A program made the translations under genes and the position numbers. Of a DNA stretch of 64,000 nt, positions 9,036 to 17,771 are shown piece after piece. Position 1 is the stretch's first letter. Each line of letters begins with the position of its first letter. The notes below the pieces were generated by a model. The model saw nothing but the letters and a program-made list of their open reading frames with translations, was not told the origin of the DNA and did not search any database. The DNA is from Candidatus Kaiserbacteria bacterium (GTDB lineage: Bacteria; Patescibacteriota; Minisyncoccia; Phycocordibacterales; UBA2100), in NCBI GenBank assembly GCA_016867375.1, contig VGJQ01000001.1:21394-85393 (forward strand), read 5' to 3'.

Positions 9036-9452
9036 ATGATGGAACGCGTGACGATTTATACAGACGGGGGAGCGCGCAACAACCCCGGACCAGCCGCGGC
9101 GGGTGCCGTTATCATGCATGGTGGAGAGGCAGTGACAGAAATCAAACAGTATCTCGGACCGCAAACAAATAATTGGGCTGAGTACGAGGCAGTCGCACTT
9201 GCCCTTGCCGAAGCAAAGCGACTCGGTCTCAACGGCACCCCGATCGAAGTCCGTCTCGACAGCAAGCTCGTCGCCGAACAACTCATGGGCAATTGGAAAA
9301 TCAAAGAGCCTACCCTCAAACCGCAGTGGGCCAAAGTGCGCGCGATGATGGCAGCGGATTTCCCCGATATCACATTCACACACATCCCGCGCGAGCAAAA
9401 TAAAGAAGCCGATCGACTCGTCAACGAAGCGCTTGATGAAGCCGGACACTAA
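9036..9452 (+). CDS. rnhA: Ribonuclease HI
   Basis: MMERVTIYTDGGARNNPGPAAAG N-terminus (carrying the first catalytic Asp) plus the conserved ...EYEAV...DSKLV...D core. 139 aa. Confidence 0.85.
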   Translation: MMERVTIYTDGGARNNPGPAAAGAVIMHGGEAVTEIKQYLGPQTNNWAEYEAVALALAEAKRLGLNGTPIEVRLDSKLVAEQLMGNWKIKEPTLKPQWAKVRAMMAADFPDITFTHIPREQNKEADRLVNEALDEAGH

Positions 9453-9463
9453 AGATACGCGGG

Positions 9464-9607
9464 TGCGGCAGTGGTGTGGGCGTGAGTGTTTCAACTGTTC
9501 GAGCACAGCACATACTATTTATTCCTCGGACCCGAAGTCCAGAAAACTCTGTTCGATACAAAAACGCGGGCGAGTTTTGAAACACTCACGCCCACACCAC
9601 TGCCGCA
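9464..9607 (+). repeat. Long-stem hairpin element, family 1, copy B (perfect 31-bp closing stem, about 82-nt loop)
   Basis: The arms tgcggcagtggtgtgggcgtgagtgtttcaa and its exact reverse complement pair. The stem sequence is completely different from copy A, but the loop core is conserved. It sits immediately 5' of the comEC start. Confidence 0.75.
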
Positions 9608-9635
9608 TATCACACTCGTCAGGGATGCTGCTCGG

Positions 9636-11153
9636 ATGTATAATCCCCGCCACATGGGGTCAACCATACTCTGGTCTACGGTAATCGGATTTCTCTCTGG
9701 CGTATTTGCGCGGTCTTTTATCCCACTCGGGTACGCTACGATGGGCACGCTTGTCCTCACGTCTTGGGCGCTTCTTGCATACGTCGCTCTCGGTAAAAGA
9801 TACGCGCGCATATGCATCTCATTGGCCGCTTTTTGTTTTCTGTGTGCGGCAGGGATATGGCGCATGGACATGGCGATCATCCCCGTCGACACGACCCTTC
9901 AGGCGCACACTGGTCAACGTGTCACTTTGTCGGGATACGTATTTGCCGAGCCCGACGCGCGCGAAGGCAGCACACGCGTATCCCTCAAGGTCCGCACACT
10001 GAGCATCGCGAGCACCACACTACCCGCACATGCCGGCATACTCGCCGTCCTGCCACCCCATACGCACGTCTCATACGGGGATATCGTCACGGTCTCGGGC
10101 ATCGTACGCATGCCCGAAGCATTTGATACCGGCATCGACCGGACATTCGACTATCCTGGATACCTCGCCACCAACGGTATTTCATACCTGGTATCTTCCG
10201 CACATCTCGAATCCATCGATGGCAACGAGGGCAACATCGCGCAGGCCTCCGTACTGCGCATAAAAAAGATATATCTCGACGGCCTCCATCAGACCTTGAG
10301 CGAGCCACAGGCGGGCCTCGCCGCAGGTATCACCGTCGGCGACAAACGATCCATCGGACCGGAGCGCTCGGAAGAATTCGTACGCGCCGGACTCGTCCAT
10401 ATGCTTGTCCTGTCCGGTTACAACATCACGATCATCCTCAACGCGGCAGCGTACTTCGTATCCTCCTTGCCGCGCGTCCTCCAATTGGGCACGAGCGGCA
10501 TCGTCGTCATGTTTTTTATCCTCCTTTCAGGCGGGGCATCGAGTGCGATACGCGCCGGACTCATGGCGCTCGTCGCTGCATTCGCCCGCCAGCACGGACG
10601 CATCTACCTGCCACTGCGCGCTATCGGGATCGTCGCAGCCGGTATGGTGCTCTGGAATCCATATATCCTTGCATTTGACCCAGGATTCCAGTTATCGGCA
10701 CTTGCCACCATTGGTCTCGTCGCCTTTACGCCGCCTATCGCCTCACACCTCCCTTGGATCACCGCCCGCCTTGGACTGCGCGAGATTGTTGCATCAACCC
10801 TCGCGACCCAAATCACCGTACTACCATTGCTCCTCTACCAAAACGGGCAACTTGCCGCCCTCTCACTTCCGGCAAACATTTTGGCACTCATTCCCGTACC
10901 TTTTGCGATGGCGGCATCGTTTGGCGCAGCGGTACTTGGAGCATTGTTTGGATCGACTGCGGCTATACTGGCATTTCCTGCATATGCACTCCTTTCGTAT
11001 ATACTCAGCATCGCTCATTTTTTCGCCTCGCTTCCGTTTGCGTCGGTATCTATCCGCGCATTCAGCGCCTGGTGGCTCACCATCGTATATATGGGACTCT
11101 TCATGTGGTGGCGATATTATGTCTCTGATGATAAAAACGAAAAAGCGGCCTGA
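9636..11153 (+). CDS. comEC: ComEC/Rec2-family DNA-uptake channel protein (N-terminal DUF4131 plus competence domain; no fused MBL domain)
   Basis: Polytopic. The conserved competence-domain region (HMLVLSGYNITII...GGASSAIRAGLMALVA) is present. The start was set at the first ATG downstream of hairpin element B. The ORF track starts at 9486, inside the hairpin. Confidence 0.8.
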   Translation: MYNPRHMGSTILWSTVIGFLSGVFARSFIPLGYATMGTLVLTSWALLAYVALGKRYARICISLAAFCFLCAAGIWRMDMAIIPVDTTLQAHTGQRVTLSGYVFAEPDAREGSTRVSLKVRTLSIASTTLPAHAGILAVLPPHTHVSYGDIVTVSGIVRMPEAFDTGIDRTFDYPGYLATNGISYLVSSAHLESIDGNEGNIAQASVLRIKKIYLDGLHQTLSEPQAGLAAGITVGDKRSIGPERSEEFVRAGLVHMLVLSGYNITIILNAAAYFVSSLPRVLQLGTSGIVVMFFILLSGGASSAIRAGLMALVAAFARQHGRIYLPLRAIGIVAAGMVLWNPYILAFDPGFQLSALATIGLVAFTPPIASHLPWITARLGLREIVASTLATQITVLPLLLYQNGQLAALSLPANILALIPVPFAMAASFGAAVLGALFGSTAAILAFPAYALLSYILSIAHFFASLPFASVSIRAFSAWWLTIVYMGLFMWWRYYVSDDKNEKAA

Positions 11154-11164
11154 GGCCGCTTTTT
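11138..11164. terminator. Bidirectional Rho-independent terminator (aaaaagcggcc-tgag-gccgcttttt)
   Basis: Perfect GC-rich stem flanked by an A-run and a T-run. It overlaps the comEC stop codon and lies 19 nt from the stop of the convergent minus-strand gene. Confidence 0.75.
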
Positions 11165-11182
11165 CTCTGATGCACCAGATGC

Positions 11183-11638
11183 TTACATCATTGGCGTCTG
11201 TGCCCTGCCAGACTTCATCTGGAGGTACCACCCGACGACAACAGCAGGGATCACCCAGTATGCGAGGACGACGAGCGTCGACCAATTCCACAGGAAGGGG
11301 AAGAAGCGTGGCAACACACCAACCACTTCAGCGAGCGAGCCCGTCTGCAAGACGACGCCGGCCAACCCAGAGACAAATGTGGTAGCTACTGAAACCAAGA
11401 AGCCGACGACGCCAAAAATGACGCCCGTCTTCATCATCCTGCCGCGCGATTCACCGCCGAAATACCACCATGCGATGAGTCCGCTCGCGATGAGCGCAAA
11501 CACGACAAACATGACGTACTGCATAGTAAGCAGGCCGCCTGTCTGCGATGCGGGGAAGAGTGCCGCAAGAGCCGCTACGACGTTGTTGATAAGATAGTTA
11601 CCCAAAAACGGAATCAAAATGAGTCTTTCGATCTTCAT
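11183..11638 (-). CDS. Hypothetical 4-TM membrane protein
   Basis: 151 aa and hydrophobic. No recognised motif. Confidence 0.45.
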   Translation of the reverse strand: MKIERLILIPFLGNYLINNVVAALAALFPASQTGGLLTMQYVMFVVFALIASGLIAWWYFGGESRGRMMKTGVIFGVVGFLVSVATTFVSGLAGVVLQTGSLAEVVGVLPRFFPFLWNWSTLVVLAYWVIPAVVVGWYLQMKSGRAQTPMM

Positions 11639-11689
11639 ACCTATAATTGTTTATATTTCTCCTACTAATGGTAATACCGTAATGATAGC

Positions 11690-12289
11690 CTACCCCTGCG
11701 CCTGTGCAAATCGGTTTTCCACTGCCTGCCAGTTGAGGTTTTTGAAGAAGGCTTCGACATGTTTGGCCTTCTCGGCAGGGATATAGTCCACCATATAGGC
11801 ATGCTCCCACATATCCATAGCTAAGAGCACCTTCACGTCTGCAAGCGTGCCGAGCTCATGGTCTGCCGTCCAGTATATATGCGGTGTTTTACCTGCAACA
11901 TCCCATACGAGCGTGCACCAGCCGGATCCTCGACTCATACCCACTTGCTTAAAATGAGCAATAAAGTTGTCCCACGAACCGTATTTTTGAGATACGGCGG
12001 CATCGAGCGCGCTACCGCGCGACTCATCGGAAGAACCTCCTTCCCATTGAGGAAAGTAGAATTCGTGCATGCGCATGCCATTGAATTCAAATCCTATGCG
12101 GCGACGCGTTGATTCGATGGCAAAAGCGTATTTTTGAGGGTCGACCGCAGTCAGATCAGCAATCTGCTCTCGTAGGAGATTGATATGCTTCACGTATCCC
12201 TGGTAGAGCGCCAGGTGTACGTCGATCTGCTTCTGCGAGATCCCGTCGAGTGCGGGAATATCAAAGCTTTTTGGTTCGTACGTATGCAT
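11690..12289 (-). CDS. sodA: Fe/Mn superoxide dismutase
   Basis: 199 aa with the DMWEHAYY signature and metal-ligand His residues in the N-terminal helices. Confidence 0.9.
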   Translation of the reverse strand: MHTYEPKSFDIPALDGISQKQIDVHLALYQGYVKHINLLREQIADLTAVDPQKYAFAIESTRRRIGFEFNGMRMHEFYFPQWEGGSSDESRGSALDAAVSQKYGSWDNFIAHFKQVGMSRGSGWCTLVWDVAGKTPHIYWTADHELGTLADVKVLLAMDMWEHAYMVDYIPAEKAKHVEAFFKNLNWQAVENRFAQAQG

Positions 12290-12366
12290 AGGGAAATGAT
12301 GAGGGCTGAGTAATGAAGAAAGTATAGCATTTTGAGGAATGCAGTCTCAGTGAGATACTGCCGCCC

Positions 12367-13254
12367 ATGCGCCGAAGTGCCCAGATTACCGGCATCGCCA
12401 TAGCGATCCTCTGCATGACGGCAGGCATCATCTGGTATGCTGTGGTGCAAGAGAGTCGGGCAGGCGTCCTTACGGTATCTTTTCTCGATGTGGGTCAGGG
12501 AGATGCCGTATTCATCACATCACCATCCGGCAATACCGTACTGATCGATGGGGGTCAGACCTCGAGGGTTTTACGTGAGCTCGGCACCGTTATACCGTGG
12601 TACGACCGATCGATCGACGTGATCATCCCGACGCACGCGGATGCCGATCATATAGGTGGCCTTATCGACGTACTCGACCGCTACCAGGTAAGCCATATCA
12701 TCCGCCCGAGCACCGAGGGCACTACTGCACTGTGGCGCACATTCACTGAGAAGATCAAAGTAGCCACCACACAGGGGACACACGTGACGATCGCACAACG
12801 TGGGCAGATCATTAATCTCGGTGGTTCGACAGGCTCACCACAGGCGCCGCACGCCTACCTTGAGGTACTTATGCCTGATCGCCCTGCCCCAGACCTCGAC
12901 ACCAACACAGGCTGCATCGTCACCCGTCTCGTATACGGTGATACGGCTTTTTTGCTCCCGTGCGATGCACCACAAGCGATAGAAAAGTACCTTGTGATGC
13001 TCGATGGCACCGATCTGCGCTCCGACGTACTCAAAGCGGGACATCACGGGTCAAAAACCTCATCCGGCCCCTTATTTTTGGGTTACGTAAATCCACATTT
13101 CGGCGTGTACTCACGTGGCTGCGACAATACATATGGTATGCCGCACAAAGAAACCATCGCCACGTTTGAAGCATTCGACATTCCGACCCTTGATACATGC
13201 GAGCAGGGGACGATCACGTTTGAGAGCGATGGACAAAAAGTGACCGTAAAATAA
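12367..13254 (+). CDS. MBL-fold metallo-hydrolase resembling the ComEC C-terminal beta-lactamase-like domain, N-terminally membrane-anchored
   Basis: HADADHIGG metal-binding motif. N-terminal transmembrane helix. GHHGS motif near the C-terminus. Confidence 0.7.
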   Translation: MRRSAQITGIAIAILCMTAGIIWYAVVQESRAGVLTVSFLDVGQGDAVFITSPSGNTVLIDGGQTSRVLRELGTVIPWYDRSIDVIIPTHADADHIGGLIDVLDRYQVSHIIRPSTEGTTALWRTFTEKIKVATTQGTHVTIAQRGQIINLGGSTGSPQAPHAYLEVLMPDRPAPDLDTNTGCIVTRLVYGDTAFLLPCDAPQAIEKYLVMLDGTDLRSDVLKAGHHGSKTSSGPLFLGYVNPHFGVYSRGCDNTYGMPHKETIATFEAFDIPTLDTCEQGTITFESDGQKVTVK

Positions 13255-13346
13255 AGCTCGTTTAGGAGGAGGTTAAACCTCCTGCTTGACGTAACAGACG
13301 AGATTAGGTGCCCTCTCGATGATGTGCCTGCCCGGCACACAGAAAA

Positions 13347-13369
13347 AACGGAGGGGGATGACCTCCGTT
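13347..13369 (-). terminator. Rho-independent terminator for the minus-strand gene 13391..13786
   Basis: aacggaggg-ggatga-cctccgtt hairpin followed, on the minus strand, by a T6 run. Confidence 0.6.
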
Positions 13370-13390
13370 TCTAAGTCCATCATTATTATT

Positions 13391-13786
13391 TCATAACAGA
13401 ATTGGTACGAGCAACGGATCGATGGATGTAATCTTGCTCTTCAAAGATTCATAGGCTTGCGGGTAGTTGGTAGGCGACGCCCCCCACTTATTGATAAGGT
13501 AACGGACCTCAGCCATGTCCGCTACCCCATTCTCACAAGGTCTCACCTCAATGACCTCTATGTATTCGCGTGCACAAATTTCAATACCATTGATGCACTT
13601 GCCGATCTTTTGTGCGAACATAATATCCGGCGCTTCGACGATCACATTTCTATCTTTGTCACTTTTTACAGAACGATCATCCACATCATCGTAATAGATG
13701 GTCGCGTATTTGATGCTAAACAACGACATTTTCAAGCTCCTCGGTTTTTGTGTTCTATATAACAACCCCAATATCCAAACTATCAA
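13391..13786 (-). CDS. Hypothetical protein in an AT-rich islet (alternative start at 13729, MSLFSIKY)
   Basis: ORF with no recognisable motif. Local GC is clearly lower than in flanking genes. Confidence 0.35.
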   Translation of the reverse strand: MIVWILGLLYRTQKPRSLKMSLFSIKYATIYYDDVDDRSVKSDKDRNVIVEAPDIMFAQKIGKCINGIEICAREYIEVIEVRPCENGVADMAEVRYLINKWGASPTNYPQAYESLKSKITSIDPLLVPILL

Positions 13787-13840
13787 AAATATATCTTATC
13801 GGCAAACTGCCTGAATCTCACTTTATGATATAGTTTCTCG

Positions 13841-16800
13841 GTGAACGCCGAATCCCGATACTTACACGGTCTCAACGAACGACAAAAAGAGGCGGTACTC
13901 CACACCGAGGGGCCGCTTCTCATCATTGCAGGAGCGGGGGCGGGCAAGACTAAGACCATCACACACCGCATCGCACACATGATCGAGCAGGGGGTACCAG
14001 CGCGACAAATCCTCGCCGTGACGTTTACCAATAAGGCGGCGGGGGAGATGCGTGAACGCGTCAAGAAATTGATCCCTGAGGGAAGGGGCGTCCCTTTGGT
14101 CGCGACATTTCATAGCCTGGGTGTGCGGCTTTTGCGCGAATTCCATGAGGAAGCGGGGCTTGAGCGCGGTTTTAGTATCTGGGATCGCGACGATAGTATG
14201 CGCGTCATCAAGCGTGCGCTCGAAAAGCTCAATATCGAGACGATCCCCGGCCGCAATGTACTGTCGGCGATTTCCCGCGCAAAAGGGGATGGCATCTCGC
14301 GCGAGGAGTACGATCGCGACGCCAATTCATTCCACGAGCGCACGGTCGCCCAAGTATGGCAGATCTACGACAAGGCGCTTCACGAAGAGGGTGCCTTGGA
14401 TTTCGACGACCTCCTGGGTCGTACACTTATGCTTCTACAGAACTCGCCGCGCGTGCTTGAACTTTTGAGGGGTCGCTGGCACTACATCACGATCGACGAA
14501 TATCAAGACACCAACGCCGCGCAATACGAGATTGCACGCTTGCTTTCTGGCGAGCGCCGCAATCTCTGCGTCGTCGGCGATATCGACCAGTGTGTTGCGG
14601 AAGGAACACTCATTACTATGGCAGATGGAGAAAAAAAACCTATCGAACGTGTCAAAAAGGGTGATTTAGTGCTATCAAACTATGGCAGCGGCGCCATGCG
14701 CCCATCACACGTCCATCGGATACACAGGCGATCAACAAGGGAAACAGTGACTATCACCACAAAATCCGGCCGTAGACTGACGACCACATCGGATCATGTA
14801 CATTTTGCCGGATATCGGCTCGGTATCGTGCCACAGATGTATTTCACGTACCTTATGTATAAGCACGGCGTCGGGTACCGACTTGGAGTATCACAAGTCT
14901 ATGCCAACGGCCAACGAACTCCAATGGTCGGATTCCAACAACGCTGCAACCATGAACACGGGGATGCTGTATGGATCATTGGAACTCATACCGCCTCGAA
15001 CGATGCGCGCGTCATGGAGTACACACTCTCTCTCCAATACCAAATACCGACACTACCATTCGTGGCGCGCAAAGGAGTGAGTGTCGGCGGATATGTACAC
15101 GACCAAAGGGTTATAGATGCACTATTCGCCACAATCGATACAGAAAAGGGAGCCTTTCGGCTACTTCGAGACCGTGGCCTGTCGCGCGATTACCCCCACC
15201 ACCGAGCACAGTCTCGAGACAGTAATCGGCGTAATGTAACGATCACGCTCTGTGGCGATCAGCGCGGTAAAACCCCTATGCATCGTATATCAATGACCGG
15301 AAATGACGACGAAGGGAAACATCTTTTGCAATCTATCGGACTTTCCGTGCGTTCTGTAAAGAATGGATCATCGAGCTGGCGTTTCGAGAGTGCACACGCC
15401 GACTACGCAGCCTTGCGTGAACGTGTCATGCACATCTCTACTGTGTTTCCCAGACTTGCCATAATTGAGAATGCACGACTTGGTGGCAATAAGGCAAATC
15501 CAAAAGATGGAAATTCGCTCGGTTTCCTACCAGCCGCATCGGTGCTTCCTGGCATGGCCCTGTTCGACGAGGTGGGAGGATACGACATTATAACTGGTGT
15601 AGAAAAAGCTACTCAAACCAGGCGCGTTTACGACATCGACATCGAACACACACACAATTTCATCGCAAATGGCATTATCACGCACAATTCGATATATACT
15701 TGGCGCGGGGCCGACATCGAACACTTGATGAACTTCGAGACTCAGTTCCCGGGTACCAAAGTCATCCTCCTCGAACAAAATTACCGTTCTACGCGCACCA
15801 TCCTCACCGCTGCCAATGCGGTGATTGCTAAAAACAAACGCCGCAAAGAGAAAAATCTTTTTACCGACAACGACACAGGCGAACCGATCCATACATACGC
15901 CGCGCGCAATGAAATGGACGAATCGTGGTTTGTCGCACAGACAGCGGTCGAGATGATACAGGGGGGCATCAGGCCCGACGAAATCGCAATCCTTTACCGG
16001 GAGAACTTCCAGTCGCGTGCACTCGAAGAGGCACTCCTCGCATTCTCAGTGCCCTATCGCGTGCTCGGCACCAAATTCTTCGAACGCAAAGAAGTGAAAG
16101 ACACGCTCTCATATCTGCGCGCTGCGCTCAATCCGAAAAGCAAAGTCGATCTCGTGCGCGTGGCCGCTGTACCACCGCGCGGTATCGGCAAAGTGACGCT
16201 CGATAAAATGCTTGCCCCGTTAGAAAAACCAGATACTAACGGCTTCACGTCAATATGGGACCAGTTTTTTCTAACGGGGCGAGTGGGGGATGAGTCTTCC
16301 ATCACAGGAGCAACACTCATCAAGGTGACAAAATTCCGTGAACAGATCGCGGCTATACGCAAAGCAATCGAAACGTTACCCGCATCTGAAGCGGTGCGAT
16401 ACACCGTCGAAGTGTCCGGTATGGAAAAGATGTATCAGGAAGACAAGAAAGAGGGGATAGAGCGTCTCGAAAACATCCACGAGCTCGTCAATCTCGCCGT
16501 GCGCTACGATGAGGAGCTCCCCCCAGTTGGTATCGAAAAGCTCCTCGAAGAAGCCGCCCTCCAGTCCGACCAGGATGAGCTTGAGGAGCCCCAGGCAGCA
16601 GTCTCCCTTATGACCATTCATGCGTCCAAAGGTCTCGAATTCGACGCGGTGTTTGTGACCGGCCTCGAGCAAGGCCTCTTTCCGTCACTACGCGAAGATA
16701 CGCGCGACCCCGAAGAAGAGCGCCGACTCTTCTACGTCGCTGTCACACGCGCGCGCAAGCGGCTCTTCCTCAGTCATGCCGGCGAACGCATGAAATACGG

Positions 16801-16918
16801 CTCGCGCGAGCGCGCCCTGCGATCAGAATTCATCCACGACATCGACCAGCGCCTCATCGTCCACTCCTCACGCGACGGTGGCGTAGAAGGGCAATCGGGA
16901 GAGGGAATTATTTGGTAA
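13841..16918 (+). CDS. uvrD: UvrD/PcrA-family ATP-dependent DNA helicase interrupted by an intein
   Basis: Motif I AGAGAGKTKTITHRIAH. Helicase motif VVGDIDQ / SIYTWRGA is split by a 366-aa insertion. The C-terminal motifs (TIHASKGLEFDAVFV, RLFYVAVTRARKRL) are intact. The extein alone is about 659 aa. Confidence 0.9.
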   Translation: MNAESRYLHGLNERQKEAVLHTEGPLLIIAGAGAGKTKTITHRIAHMIEQGVPARQILAVTFTNKAAGEMRERVKKLIPEGRGVPLVATFHSLGVRLLREFHEEAGLERGFSIWDRDDSMRVIKRALEKLNIETIPGRNVLSAISRAKGDGISREEYDRDANSFHERTVAQVWQIYDKALHEEGALDFDDLLGRTLMLLQNSPRVLELLRGRWHYITIDEYQDTNAAQYEIARLLSGERRNLCVVGDIDQCVAEGTLITMADGEKKPIERVKKGDLVLSNYGSGAMRPSHVHRIHRRSTRETVTITTKSGRRLTTTSDHVHFAGYRLGIVPQMYFTYLMYKHGVGYRLGVSQVYANGQRTPMVGFQQRCNHEHGDAVWIIGTHTASNDARVMEYTLSLQYQIPTLPFVARKGVSVGGYVHDQRVIDALFATIDTEKGAFRLLRDRGLSRDYPHHRAQSRDSNRRNVTITLCGDQRGKTPMHRISMTGNDDEGKHLLQSIGLSVRSVKNGSSSWRFESAHADYAALRERVMHISTVFPRLAIIENARLGGNKANPKDGNSLGFLPAASVLPGMALFDEVGGYDIITGVEKATQTRRVYDIDIEHTHNFIANGIITHNSIYTWRGADIEHLMNFETQFPGTKVILLEQNYRSTRTILTAANAVIAKNKRRKEKNLFTDNDTGEPIHTYAARNEMDESWFVAQTAVEMIQGGIRPDEIAILYRENFQSRALEEALLAFSVPYRVLGTKFFERKEVKDTLSYLRAALNPKSKVDLVRVAAVPPRGIGKVTLDKMLAPLEKPDTNGFTSIWDQFFLTGRVGDESSITGATLIKVTKFREQIAAIRKAIETLPASEAVRYTVEVSGMEKMYQEDKKEGIERLENIHELVNLAVRYDEELPPVGIEKLLEEAALQSDQDELEEPQAAVSLMTIHASKGLEFDAVFVTGLEQGLFPSLREDTRDPEEERRLFYVAVTRARKRLFLSHAGERMKYGSRERALRSEFIHDIDQRLIVHSSRDGGVEGQSGEGIIW
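14591..15688 (+). mobile_element. Intein (366 aa) in the UvrD helicase motif (VGDxDQ|S)
   Basis: Begins CVAEGTLITMADG (block A, Cys1). TTTSDHVHF (block B, TxxH). Ends IANGIITHN followed by Ser+1. The host motif is restored to VGDIDQSIYTWRGA on in-silico excision. No clear LAGLIDADG motif is seen in the central region. Confidence 0.8.
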
Positions 16919-16956
16919 GGGTTCGTCCACGAATAACGTACCCGTTATGTGTGAAC
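16916..16956 (+). repeat. REP-like TAAGGGYTCGTCC-hairpin element (copy 1; its TAA is the uvrD stop codon)
   Basis: taagggttcgtccacgaataacgtacccgttatgtgtgaac. This is a member of a 5-copy family. Confidence 0.7.
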
Positions 16957-17019
16957 TATGGCACATCGGCATAGTATTTTTGGAAACCAGGTTCCTTAAT
17001 GATAGTATGCCGGTACTTT

Positions 17020-17766
17020 ATGGCTTCACGCAAAGTACCGCTTGTACCCAATGAATATTTCCATGTCTACAATAGGGGTGTAGACGGTCGCTCTATTATT
17101 CAAGATAAAGAAGATCTTGGACGCCTGTTAAACAGTATGCGCGTTTTTAACCGCGTCGAACCGGTGGGAAGCCTTTATGCGTTTTCATTCCACGACCCTC
17201 AGTTAAGGAACCAGGTTCCTAAGTTGGAAGACAGTAAGCACCTTGTGTCTATCGTGTCTTTCAACATTCTCCCGAATCACATCCATTTCGTCCTGAAGCC
17301 ACTCGTTGAGAAAGGTGGGAGTGAGTATGTAAAACGTGTTATCGGAGGATTCACATTGTTCTTCAATGAAAAGTACGGGCGAACTGGGCCTCTTTTTCAA
17401 AGTCCGTTTAAAAGTACGCATATCCGCAGCACTCACCACTTGTTACACATGCAAACGTATGTCAATTTAAATGATTATATTCACGGACGAGGGCAATTTC
17501 CTGAATGGGTGGGTGCCAGCAGTTGGGGTATGTTCACCACTAAAACAATGAACGATATCTGCGACCCAATTGAGGTCGAAGCTATTCTTTCCCATTTTCC
17601 CAATCGTAGTGAATATCGAAAACGGGCCCTCGAAACTGCCGATGCAATATGGCAAGAGCGTATGGCAGACGAAATCGAGCAAACAACGCAGGGACGCGAT
17701 ATTGCGGACCAAGCCGCTCTGGAGAAGAATATTCTTCCCCAACTTAGGAACCAGGTTCCTAAGTGA
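17020..17766 (+). CDS. IS200-like / REP-associated tyrosine transposase (COG1943-type Y1 transposase)
   Basis: YFHVYNRG N-terminal motif, the HUH motif NHIHFVL, and a C-terminal Y-containing helix (YVNLNDYIHG). It is flanked by, and internally contains, the 21-nt palindrome ttaaggaaccaggttcctaag at about 16984, 17203 and 17743. Confidence 0.7.
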   Translation: MASRKVPLVPNEYFHVYNRGVDGRSIIQDKEDLGRLLNSMRVFNRVEPVGSLYAFSFHDPQLRNQVPKLEDSKHLVSIVSFNILPNHIHFVLKPLVEKGGSEYVKRVIGGFTLFFNEKYGRTGPLFQSPFKSTHIRSTHHLLHMQTYVNLNDYIHGRGQFPEWVGASSWGMFTTKTMNDICDPIEVEAILSHFPNRSEYRKRALETADAIWQERMADEIEQTTQGRDIADQAALEKNILPQLRNQVPK

Positions 17767-17771
17767 TTACT

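Noticed and set aside
10405-11385. 326-aa plus-strand ORF in an alternative frame of comEC
   Set aside because: Overlaps comEC in a different frame. Ser/Arg/Pro-rich low-complexity translation typical of out-of-frame reading.
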